A stretch of DNA of 64,000 bases from Monocercomonoides exilis PA203 (lineage: Eukaryota > Protista > Preaxostyla). Positions within the stretch are counted from its first letter, which is position 1. Every line of letters begins with the position of its first letter. A model generated the notes under the pieces. The model had not been told where the DNA came from. It saw only the letters and a list, made by a program, of their open reading frames with translations, and did no database searches. Made by a program: the position numbers and the translations under genes. Shown here piece after piece: positions 55,501 to 64,000 of this stretch. The stretch covers positions 682,001 to 746,000 of the forward strand of contig LSRY02000005.1 of assembly GCA_001643675.2 (NCBI GenBank). The letters are read 5' to 3'.

Positions 55501-57659
55501 AAGGGAAATTGATGAAATTGGAGAATTGTTTGGATGTGGAAATGGACAGTTGCATTTTCGATGGAAATTCAATAGAAAGAAATGAACAGAATATCAATGA
55601 GGAAGAAGAGATGTGCAGATGGGATGGATCTCTTGTTGATGTTGTGAAGAGTTCTGTTTTGATGAAAGATACAACAGTCTCGCATTCAGCAGAAGGAGGA
55701 ATAACATTGAGTGGAGGGACAATAACTATTTATGATGGAAGATTTGAGAACAATAATCCATCAATTGAAGGATATCCATCATTGAGAAGAAATATCATTT
55801 GTTCAGATGCAGGAACATTGAATGTGGTGAGTTTGAAGGGAGGAGATGGAGTTTTGCCAAATTCATCACTTTGGATATTGAATGATGGGTGCAGTTTTGA
55901 GGGGATTGTTTCTGAAAGAGCATCTCCATTTTTCATTCCTATTCTGGAGAGTGTGGAAGCAAAAGAAAGAACAGATAGAATGAAGCTGACATTCAAAGGA
56001 ATGCTTCTTGTTCCTTGTAATCTGTCATTCTCAATTGTGAAGAGAAAGGGAGAAGAGAAAGAGATTGAAAATTATGATTTTGATTCAAATGGATTCTTGT
56101 CAGAAAGAGAAGTTGAAGGAAGTGTGACAAAAGATCTCATCAGCAGTTGCGGAGATGAAATCGAGGTGAGTGTGCATGTTTTGTTTGGAAACGCAGAATC
56201 TCCATCTTTAACACAGTCATTCATTTTGAAGAATGCGAGCATCACTCCACCAAAAGGAGATGAAAAACTTGTTGAAAGTGGAAAAGAAAAAATGTCATCA
56301 TGGGCATTGATTGTGATTGTGATATTTGCTGTATTGTTTTTGATTGTACTTATCATTGCAGTGATTTCAACTGTTCGATGGAGAAGTACCAAGAATGAAA
56401 ATAAAGATCTGAAAGAGATCGTGAATGACACGGTGAAAAAAGATCCGAAGTTGATTGAAATGGTGACGATGGAGATGTCTCCCGAGAAGCAGTGGAGGAG
56501 AACAGAAAGAGAGGCTGAAAAGAAGAATGATGAGAGGATGAAGAAAAGAGTGTATGAGAAGACAATGGTGCATTCGGAATCTGAAGAGCATCTTCTATCT
56601 GAGAGTGGTTCCACTGAATATATCCTTGGAAGAGATTCAGATAAGATCCCAGAATGGATGCTGGAGAAGGTTGATGAAGAGGAGGAAACAAGAAAGCGAA
56701 CACCATCGCCATCTATTTCATCCACTTTAACCACAGACACTTCAGATACTGAATCCACCTTTGTTCGAGGAGAGGATCTGTGCCCAACCACTTCATCGAT
56801 GTCGAATCTGGTGGATGCGATGGCCTGCTCATCGCCACACGAGAAACTGATTGTTGACTTGAGGGATTCGCTGTTCATGCTGTTGCACGGAAGGAATGCC
56901 AAGAAGGAGATGGCAATAGGAACTTTGGAGGAGAGGGAGCAAACGGCTGCTCAGATTCTCTTCTGGGTGGCGAATGGAGCCATTCACTCATTTGACGAAA
57001 TGGAAAATCCTCTATCTTCTCTGGAAAATCTCAGTCCTCATATTGTGTTATTTTCCGAGCATATGGTCATCTGCATTGTGATGCATTCTGATTTCCTTTC
57101 ATCCGATGATTCAGATTCATCCTCCATCTCTTCATCAACAGTTGTGACATCAGCAAGTGATGATGATAAGGGGGAGGAGGATGACTCTCTTCCTTCATCA
57201 GCCTTTGAGGATGAAGATTATTACAAAAAAGAATGCCTGAGATGGAAGGCACCCGAACTGCTGATGAACAAGAAGATGGGGGCAACAAAGGAGTCGGTTG
57301 TCTTCTCGATTGGGATGATGCTGTGGGAATGCCTAACGCTCCAGATACCGTTTGGAGAATATGAAGCAGAAATCGCTGGGCAGAAGATTCAACGAGGAGA
57401 AACTCCAAATCTTGATGAAATTAATGCATCATCTCCCTTCTTCGCTCAGTTGATCTCTGCCTCTATTTCGTCCCACTCATCGCAGCGTCCGAGCCTCACC
57501 GATATGAAGCGCAATCTTATTGGGCATTTTCCACCAGGAGCGGCAATTCTGACCGTTTCAGATGCAATAGATCTTCAATATGCTTCAAATGGGAACGAAG
57601 AAGGTGGCTCGTCTCGCATTGGAATTGGAAGCGAAACAGTGAAAAACATTTTGTCCTGA
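49593..57659 (+). CDS. Giant type-I membrane protein (2688 aa), paralogue of 22963-34971: beta-helix-like ectodomain, TM helix, TK/TKL-like pseudokinase
   Basis: Uninterrupted 8-kb ORF. Signal peptide (VAFNIVALILVVVNC); WGGALYI/GGAIF and FSAN motifs; 4 CG..PC caps; TM WALIVIVIFAVLFLIVLIIAVISTV at ~56301-56375; CLRWKAPELL..SVVFSIGMMLWEC..IPF. The cytoplasmic tail aligns closely with the first paralogue. Confidence 0.85.
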   Translation: MARFSTSAKVAFNIVALILVVVNCGNDRSIAVKHNQQEMNWEMPVSTISVENNSNKYYNKKGIGAAKVIFSSGDRVSCARTNVNIVNASLCVSDLVMEPLSGCAFLTAQHHSSCTIFSSTCRIHADASHPLFLSSHSSLFLTNFSFTIPQPAILSFPLFSLPQNLLPDAHSPIPASFSIFHSSFSSFISLHNPFLFSPSVSSSFSLLHRHLQIHLDLHLSDTLFTNITTAPQSTHSIPAKHTHTHNSFTTTTTTITTTITTNTIPSFSLHSSLSIHSTIFLYTHNPIDGAILPNLNSPSTSLSAFNTSFLHQTRSSPNDPAKYIGSETQRKKLSRLPLSDLNSYLFEWCEWNNSNSGSAWGGALYINYTNANIAIISCSFNKCSTTNEGGALLCWYLLNVSITKSNITNCSANHGGAANIRYPQSSSAWTFSENKVESCKITSWCGTGWYFVLDNMPSNAQFLFSKCKCISNTGGNAAGSLTFFNPPKNKPNQFSINDCQFINNILTDSSTRGGAGIYLDKTFSWMNGIKFITFCFFDGNSAKNGRGNDVFFNGSDITQSPFENCGSTTQSKRVWKNGTASNISVNSWLPFISQYRIVANSGSDVDGCGVPQQNPCSTIEYAIYGLFFYKEASITLLCSSFAPAQILTFSTVDTKITGNGTTATTIASSGIPQPSNSHSQSSQSSSSYSSYSSYSSFSSFSSASSSPDPSASSALFQQTQGSLTVSALAIAHNSTNPITPILFHLSGNSPSLNLNTTTITGTTPSSSSITTTLFFLTAGSLALNHTAITSLSLNSQSIFYLTSLTAPLTLNFSNITDITSTATPASCVLSSATSPALSLSITNCTITNINTTPQNQQTATDGGCISFASSASANSFLVSSTTFSSCCVSEDTSSGGRGGALMIEFKDDSEVSESSFSITNMVFSANKASVGRDMYFVCESLVASVKEPLFTFMKSITQKDNSVVGRDRTQMFSNWDVDLFIFLDGYTADSVYVDGVIGMEKMYCGLENAPCLNMNYGMGRLKRTQNIKQEIILCANSSVTGYVDVSGMSVKSKSETIVGIECKREVSGSEQCVMKSLSITEIQFVGIVVPSSFNRTITSVVESSTQNGELHMKNCEMSVIGGKQNTIVFSLIKSTGKIVELEFVTISDVKSSVSLFSFSPSSGNMNEGENEGEYKVNLLNCSMEGCSFGDSSSGESPLITSSSVLFENSNFSNIENKGSEEGGVAKVILQGNEKLVIKSTNVSSCSLSSDNGKGGFLYLDSQNCLNEKPFLFDVDVTFESNKATIGKNMFILGKDFNSSVTNETFAFDYPSMKDDNNLFVGSDDFHQEKDLFMFLVPYSSFEIFISSEGFDVVRCGSEEEPCFTMWKGMKNVKKEIGNKTIQIEGSTIIRDSFNVSNYQIKKAVSIGEEDMKAILNFEKAIGSQLEYFMANEIHLELTNIQLQLASGFDNSAKTIISNTAGELVMTGCSFHSEAGVNNGFDCVFVDVIGGSVEVNDLSMESCNVGNSIFVIHDAGITCHLMNVRVESLNESGGCILSIKGSESGLKINEGSEEGINLQIDKSSFSGVKRSDNGASILDSKSEKKICLVVNESNITEDKAETSEKGGAIFFTLGASGSMKMIESTISHCSCTNGKGGGVYLVTKETGFLNFTFVGMKFSANTAKAGNDIFIECFNITSQINERQFQFDLREGNFNRFNAIYGIDNCEHKEDTDLIDFVAIYQSDTIVVSSANGSDERQCGTNTFPCDSIDYGLMHLTSDFISQMFIVEESVIDGEINLEEMSLSSKSRGLCEVEVKSGIEKTRESLVTTTGTVSLLRMNFVFNTNFTSTHESLMSPEGGILEIMNCSFTSKQSEDGRNAAFANIPLHLINMDKGELQLDGCSISNLILQKSSIYLSSSLPSVIYLFEISNSTVSHSLVEIIECGQLNMEKFHSENITVEGNEESLISCLSMKKTIQLTNCTIGGVSSKTTKGKLMKLENCLDVEMDSCIFDGNSIERNEQNINEEEEMCRWDGSLVDVVKSSVLMKDTTVSHSAEGGITLSGGTITIYDGRFENNNPSIEGYPSLRRNIICSDAGTLNVVSLKGGDGVLPNSSLWILNDGCSFEGIVSERASPFFIPILESVEAKERTDRMKLTFKGMLLVPCNLSFSIVKRKGEEKEIENYDFDSNGFLSEREVEGSVTKDLISSCGDEIEVSVHVLFGNAESPSLTQSFILKNASITPPKGDEKLVESGKEKMSSWALIVIVIFAVLFLIVLIIAVISTVRWRSTKNENKDLKEIVNDTVKKDPKLIEMVTMEMSPEKQWRRTEREAEKKNDERMKKRVYEKTMVHSESEEHLLSESGSTEYILGRDSDKIPEWMLEKVDEEEETRKRTPSPSISSTLTTDTSDTESTFVRGEDLCPTTSSMSNLVDAMACSSPHEKLIVDLRDSLFMLLHGRNAKKEMAIGTLEEREQTAAQILFWVANGAIHSFDEMENPLSSLENLSPHIVLFSEHMVICIVMHSDFLSSDDSDSSSISSSTVVTSASDDDKGEEDDSLPSSAFEDEDYYKKECLRWKAPELLMNKKMGATKESVVFSIGMMLWECLTLQIPFGEYEAEIAGQKIQRGETPNLDEINASSPFFAQLISASISSHSSQRPSLTDMKRNLIGHFPPGAAILTVSDAIDLQYASNGNEEGGSSRIGIGSETVKNILS

Positions 57660-58384
57660 TGATGACGATGACGATGGAACTGATTGTGCTTCCTTTTTGT
57701 TTCAATGCATTTGGTTGAATAAGAAAGAGAATTTTTGTTGACTTGATTTCTGACTTTTGGTTTTTATGTTTTAAAAATTCAGACAATTTGAAAGTTTGTA
57801 GGCCTCTGTTTGTTATTTGCTTGTTGATCAATATTTTGATTGCAAATTTTGGGAGATTTGCGGTGCAATGCCAGTTTCCCTGTTCATTTGCAAATTTTCA
57901 ACCATGTGCTGACTGTGTATTTCAATTTTTTGTTTTTCGAACACCAAATATTCGATTTCTTTCTTTGTGATTCTAAATTTTGAAAGAATTACACGTTAAA
58001 AAATTCATTTTCAGAATTGTCTCTCCTTTCAAAGCTTCTCTTTTTATCTTTTCAACAACTTTTCTTTTCTTATCTAGTCACATTTTTTTATGTGTTTTAG
58101 TTATTTCAATATTTATCTTTGTATTCATATTCAATTGAGATTGAACAATTAGATTCAAATATGATATTTTTATTTGTTATTTTAAGTTTTCAATCTTGTC
58201 AGCTTTGTTATTCCTATTTATAATGCATTTTTGATGAATTTATTGAAAGAGAAAAACTGTGCAAACCATTTCTTTTTCTTTTCTTTTTTCAATTGAAGAA
58301 TTGGATAATTAATTAAAATAATAGATGGCACTTTCATTTTATTGAACAACTTTTAATTCTCATAATTATTGTTTAATGAATTTC

Positions 58385-58386
<2 letters not shown>

Positions 58387-58415
<29 letters not shown>
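58387..58415. repeat. Poly-A homopolymer (29 nt)
   Basis: Direct read. Confidence 0.95.
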
Positions 58416-58418
<3 letters not shown>

Positions 58419-58555
58419 ATAAAAGCTATCAAAACTCATTCAATGCGTTCGTGATGTTTCTTTAAAAGAAACTCCTTTGCAAACATTTCTTTGGTTGGAT
58501 ATTTGTTTGATAACAACTCAAAAAAGATAAAAAACTTTGCACTATTTCAACTGTT

Positions 58556-58603
58556 CTTTTTTTTCTTTTTTTTCTTTTTTCTTTTTTTTTCTTTTTCTTT
58601 TTC

Positions 58604-58667
<64 letters not shown>

Positions 58668-58674
58668 TTTTTTT
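58556..58674. repeat. (CTTTT)n degenerate microsatellite ending in T24
   Basis: Direct read. Confidence 0.9.
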
Positions 58675-59245
58675 GATAAACAAATTTAATTTAATTTTCA
58701 GGAAAATTTTTGTATTATTCTTGCATTTATGAAAATTCACAACAATTTGTTTCAAACATTTTCTGACATGAAATAATCATCAGTCTTTCATTCTCAGGTG
58801 AATAATAATTTGATTAATAATGAAATTGAAAAACATTGTTAAAAGAATCGAATGTGCAAAAATTTTTAATTCTTGAAAAATATTTTTCTATTTCAAACTT
58901 TGTTTTAATTATATTTTATATTATATTCAAAATTGGATTTCTGAAATCGGGTTTGTCCAATATTTTGTGGCTCTTAAAGATTGCAATAAGGATCAACTTT
59001 TAAATAAGACTTTTTTAACTAATTGGCACTTTTTATGTTTGAAGCTGCCAATCAACAAAAAGTCCCCAAAGAATATCAACATGTGTGCAATACTTCTAAA
59101 ATTGTTTCTACGAATCCTTTTGCAGTTTGTTTTAATATTTTTTTAAATTAATAATTGAGTAATTTCATTTTTTTTGAAAAAATTGAAATGTCATTTTCCA
59201 GTTAACCGAACAACACGTATGGAATCGGAAACATGTTTAGAGAAG

Positions 59246-59581
59246 CTTTTTCGAAGATATGGGAAAAAATATTTGACTTCAGGCATTTTCATTGAAAAAT
59301 TTAGCACTTTTCATTGATTTTTTGAGATCAAAAATCACAATAAAAAATGTGTCCATTTTTTGACATTTATGAAATGTTGGAAAACTTTTTGTTTTGATTT
59401 CAACGATGCCTGATTGCATATATAAAATTCAATTTTTTTTTGAAATCTGAGAAAGCGAAAAAAAGATATGAGCGAAGTAATTTTTTTGTTCTTTGTGCAA
59501 AAAATGCTTGAAAGATCGTATTTTCACCCAAGTGCATTTGTGAAGATTTCATGAAAATGGAAAAATTGATTCTTAAATCAT
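59246..59581 (-). repeat. Dispersed repeat family C, copy 2
   Basis: Reverse complement aligns with 7861-8195. Confidence 0.8.
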
Positions 59582-59589
59582 TATGTCAT

Positions 59590-59700
59590 AATTTTATTAT
59601 TTTTATTTTTTTGTGTAATGTCACATAGAATATAATCACAATCAAATATAGTTCCAAAAACTTGTGCTAAACCAGAAATGAAAATATCCGAAATAAACTG
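59590..59700 (+). mobile_element. Degenerate 3'-end fragment of MITE family B
   Basis: tataatcacaatcaaatatagttccaaaaacttgtgc...atatccgaaataaactg|TA aligns with the right ~110 bp of family B. Confidence 0.7.
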
Positions 59701-59726
59701 TATGCAAATAAAAATTTTTGAAAATA

Positions 59727-60175
59727 CAGTCTAAACCGGATATAATCATGTCGAATATAATCACATTCGTTTATTGTTGCATTTTTCGATGTACCGACAT
59801 TTTTTGCTTGTTTTTCATTAATTTTTCATCACAAATAATCACAGGACTGAAAATATATAATCACATTTTTTATTATTATGTGTGATTTTTTCGATGAAAA
59901 ATCGATTTTTTGATCAAAAATATCCATTTTTTGATTTTTCAAAAATGTGCTCAAATAAGTCAAAATAATATGCATTTTCGCATAAAATTAATTTCGCAAG
60001 TGAAAAATGCGTTTTGAGAAGAATTTTCAAAAATAAAAAAATCGACACAAAATAAATTTTTTAAAAAATTAATTTTTATTTTTTTCTGTGAAAAGCATCA
60101 TCATCTTTAATCATAATCGGATATAGTCATAAAAAGTTGTGCAAAAACCGATGTGATTATATCCGGTTAAGACTG
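59727..60175 (+). mobile_element. MITE family B, copy 2 (449 bp)
   Basis: TIR CAGTCTAAACCGGATATAATCA / TGATTATATCCGGTTAAGACTG; TA on the left, AA on the right (mutated TSD); colinear with 22009-22457. Confidence 0.9.
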
Positions 60176-60333
60176 AATAAAGACAAAATCAAAAGCTTTT
60201 TTTAAGACTTTGTTTTGTTGGCGGATCTCGAGAGAATATTTGATAGATAATTGCAGATGATCGAACATTTCAACAATGAGGCACAAGCTTATGTTTAATA
60301 CTTATTATTTATTTCCCTTTCTTATAAAATAAA

Positions 60334-60604
60334 TATGTTGGTGATTATTAATGAAATCTTGTTATTAAATACAAAATATTCAGTTAAAAAGATTCACTTG
60401 AATAAAGACAAATGAACACTGAAAAATGAAGAGGATTACAAAAAACATTTTTATTTTTTATTCGATTTATCCATTTGTTTCAAAAAACAATTATCATGCT
60501 TTTTTTTTTCCTTTTGAAATCGAAATTGCTTACCAAAACCAAATAATTTTTGTAAAAACAACGCACAGAAAAAAGATATGATTTCAAAAAATATCACCTA
60601 CATC
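60334..60604 (+). mobile_element. Putative MITE family D, copy 3 (~270 bp)
   Basis: Aligns with copies 1 and 2 (ggtgattattaatga, aaaatattcagtt, gaaaaaagatatgatttcaaaaaa). Ends ATGTTGGTGAT / ATCACCTACAT. Confidence 0.65.
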
Positions 60605-61039
60605 AGTTAATGGTTTTTTTCAACACAACGAATGTAATTTTTATTTCAAGATTTTTGTTCACCTTATGATTGAAAGTTCTTCAAATCTCAAAAGTTATTC
60701 TTCACATGAAAAAAAGAAAATATCAGATTCAGAATTTGTGATAATATTGAACCCAAACCCAATCAATATATTTCAAATGGGATTTTTTTCAGTTTCGAGA
60801 AAAATTTTGCGTTTCTATTGTTCTATTTTTTCAATTGAATGCATTGAATGCAAATTATTAAAATGTTGAATAAATAAATTTAATGAAGCGGATACCAAAA
60901 CGGTTCAAAAAAATTAGATTTTCGTTTACAAAATATTCTTAATTTCGGTTTTTTTTTTGATGTTATAAATGTGATTATTTATAAACAAGAAAATTCGAAA
61001 AAAAAAACATTAGTTTAATTGTGATAATAATAAAATAAT

Positions 61040-63933
61040 TCAAAATTTTAATTGTTTTTTCAGTACTAGTATTTTTCGATGAAGTTGACCATAGCGTTGC
61101 TGAAGAATCTCTTCATTCGAACGAACTTGAAGAACTTTTATTCTTAATTCATTTATTCGACCTTCTGTCACCACATCTTTTTCTTCATTCCAAATCCAAT
61201 TAAATACACCAACTTTACCGCGAAGTGCACTTATCTGCATCTCCAGATCTTTCTTTTTCTTCCTCAATTCAGCAACTTTGCTCAGCCCTTCTCCCATCGT
61301 CTTCTCAATCTTCTTTTCCAGCGCTGCTCCACGCTGTTTAAGTTGCTGTGCAAAAGCCCTGGCTCTTTCCACTTCCGCCACAAGAGACTCCCTCAGCTCC
61401 TTCTCAGCCTCTGCATCCATCGCTCCCTTTCTGCCAAGCCCTCTCTCTGTTTCCTCAATGTCCATCTTATCTTCTTCGTTTCTGTGCATCTGCAACTGCA
61501 TCTTCTTTGCCTCACGCTCCAACAGCCTCTGTGCTCGCTTCATCTCCTTCAAGGTAAACAAATCAATGTCTGCAAATTCATCATCTGCGCCTTTCTCATC
61601 GCTTGCCTGCATTTGAGACTTCTTTTGCTTCTTTGGACCAAATTGATGCCATTTTATGTCGTGTGCAATAAGCTGCTTGGTTTCTTCCAGGATTAATCTC
61701 ATTGCTTCTGATTCGTATTTCTTATCCTCATCCTCGCTTGCTTTTTCGCCTTCTCCTTCTTCTTTTGTATCCACTTCTTTTGCAACTTGATTACTTCCTT
61801 TCTTTTTCCCTTTCCCTTTCTTCTTTCCTTTTTCATCTTCAACACTCTCTTCTTTGTCGCTTTGCTCATTCTGTTTGCTCTCTCCCTTCATCAACAACTT
61901 TTCAAACTTCTCTAAGCCACTCAAATCTATCGGACGAGGCAGGTTCAACTTCACAGCAGTTGTTCTGTTTGCTTCAATAACACGTTCTTTTTTGCGGAGC
62001 ATGTACAACTCTCGCTCATCTGCATCCATATCAGAATCCAATTCAATCTCATCCTCCTCCTCATCCTCCTCATCTTCATCATACCCTTCAGAATCACTCT
62101 CATCTGCATCGATGTACTTTACATTTTTCTGTGCTTTTCTGCCTGCTTTTCTGCTTCTTGGCTTTGTCTCGTCCATATCAATGTCCATATGAGAATCTTG
62201 TTCGTCATCGTATTGTTTTTTATTTGTATGTCTAACCCTTTCAACTCTTGGCTCATCATCATCCTCATCTTCATCTTCATAGCTACTATCTTTTCGCTTT
62301 TGCTGCTCGTCTTGCTTCAGTCTGGAATAGAACAACTTAGAAGCTTCTTCATCATCCTCATCATTATCATCCTCATCACCAAATGATTTTGATGAGTATG
62401 AAGTTGATTCTTCCTCTTCATCCATTTCTCCGATTGATCGCTTCATTCTATTGGAAATCCTGCGAGCAGCCTTTCCTCCTCCAATGCTATCTCCGTCTTC
62501 ATCCTCATCTTCAATGCTCCATTTACTTTCTGTCTTCATCTCATCCTCGTCCATTCCCATGTTATCATTCATTTCTGAGCTTTCATCAGAGGGTTCATTG
62601 TCAATCATCTTTGACTTCTTTCTCGGCTGTGGAAGTTCAAATACAATATCATCGTCCTCTTCCTTCTCGCCTCTTCCTCTTTTTCGCTTCGCGCTTCTAC
62701 CTTCATCATCCATCCCATCTTCTACACTTCCCCTTTCAGAATCAGGCTCTTGAGACGACGAACCATCTCTCGAATGCTGTGCTCGAGTTTTCGGCGTTTG
62801 GAATACCAAATTCGGAGTCTGAAAATAACAATAAAAGAAAATTAAACATTATCAAACATTTTAATAGAATGAGTCAAAATAAATGATAAAAAAAAAGCTC
62901 ATTAAGCAAACAGCAGGAACCGAGTCCTTCAGAGGCATCGATGTGTCTCCAAGGGGCAGACGATGCAGCGGCGTGTTGAGGCCACCCAAAAGAGGCGTCT
63001 GTGTTGACGTCAGTGCAACCAGATCGCGTGCCTGCTGCTTCAGCCTTTCTGAATGAGTGGCTGTTCGCATTGTCTGCAGAACTGCAGCAGACGAAGCAGC
63101 ACCTCCACTGCCCGATGCGACCTTTGCCGTTCGCAGAGGCGTCAGCAGTCCTCCTGCTGGACGAATCATCGATGGAAGGCCTGTGCTGGAAAGAGAAGAA
63201 GAAGATAAAGACGAAGAGGATGAAGTGGCAATCGATGCCGTTGTTGGGCCTGGAGCTATCAGCACTTTTGCCGCATTAGAGATCTTCTTTTTCTTTTGAA
63301 TCCTTTCTCCGTTTTCATTTTCATCCTCTTCCTCTTCCTCTTCCTCTTCTTCATCTTCATCACTCGCCATACCAAGCTCCTTCTCAGTCAAATGCATCAG
63401 TCCAATTCCGCTTTTCCCAATTTCAGCCATTTCTTCGTCGCTGACAGTTGGCATTGGGAGAGCAAAATCGACTTTGCGCACAGACTTCTGTCGAATGTTT
63501 GCTTCCTTAGCAGCTTCGGCACGACGAATGATTTCAGGAAGATTCTCTTCGGCCAACGCCTCCAACGCCTTTGCATCTTCAATCTCTTGAGCCTTCTTCT
63601 TCTTCCTCCTCTCCTCTTCTCGCTTGTCAAATCTGGCAGCCATTTTGTTGATGAACTGAGCATCGTCTCCTCGTGTTTTTTCACCACTGACATCAAATTC
63701 TCCCTTTGGGGCAGGAGTGTACAGTGGAATTTCCTTTTCATAGTCAATTCCTCTCCAAGTTCTCTTCTTCATAAAGGCAGTTATATCAATTCCAGCTGCT
63801 TTCAATTCTCTCCTTTTTTGCAAAGATGACAGTCTTCGAGCTTCTTTAAGTTGTCTTTCTCTCGCCCATCTCTTTGCTTTTTTACCCTTGGTGTTTGCCA
63901 AACGAGCTATTGCTTCAGAAATCATTTCTTTTT
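61040..63933 (-). CDS. CDC5L: CDC5L/Cef1 splicing factor (Prp19 complex), 3' part; Myb repeats lie beyond the window end. Exons 63933-62912, 62818-61040
   Basis: EKEMISEAIARLANTKGKKAKRWARERQLKEARRLSSLQKRRELKAAGI, IDYEKEIP and TQTPLLGGLNTPL are CDC5L hallmarks. Intron 62911-62819; an upstream intron acceptor at 63935-63934. Confidence 0.92.
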
Positions 63934-64000
63934 CTACATAAATCAAATAAACATTTCAGAATTTTAAAAATGATTTAATATATAAGAAAATCACATGCCA

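Noticed and set aside
2-63933. Functional clustering (GCN1/RACK1/RPS8 for translation; PLK/CDC25/CDC5L for cell cycle)
   Set aside because: The genes are interspersed with unrelated ones on both strands; compatible with chance in a gene-dense genome.

Overview
Intron-containing eukaryotic (protist) genomic DNA in the standard genetic code: TAA, TAG and TGA all end conserved genes. It has very AT-rich intergenic DNA, short GT-AG introns (donors often GTTTG or GTATG) and proteins inflated by (TCT)n/(GAA)n-encoded Ser/Glu tracts. These traits suggest an oxymonad such as Monocercomonoides; this is an inference, not a database result. Genes spliced by hand: 3' part of GCN1, a coiled-coil hypothetical protein, RACK1, AP-3 sigma, a Polo-like kinase, RPS8, calreticulin, a myristoylation-motif C2 protein, VPS51, a truncated Elongin C/Skp1-like ORF, a Cdc25 phosphatase and the 3' part of CDC5L. 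The most striking content is two paralogous, intronless giant type-I membrane proteins (4002 and 2688 aa). Each has a signal peptide, an AT-rich divergent N-terminal 'head', a stalk of 8 versus 4 ~310-390-aa Cys-capped beta-helix-like modules and one TM helix. Each ends in a highly conserved cytoplasmic tail with an apparently N-lobe-less, catalytically dead TK/TKL-like pseudokinase. Together they are a candidate variable surface-receptor system. Three intergenic islands (~7.9-8.8, 21.1-22.8 and 59.2-60.6 kb) are built from the same four small repeat/MITE families, including two nested insertions with TA target-site duplications. No rRNA, tRNA or CRISPR was recognised.
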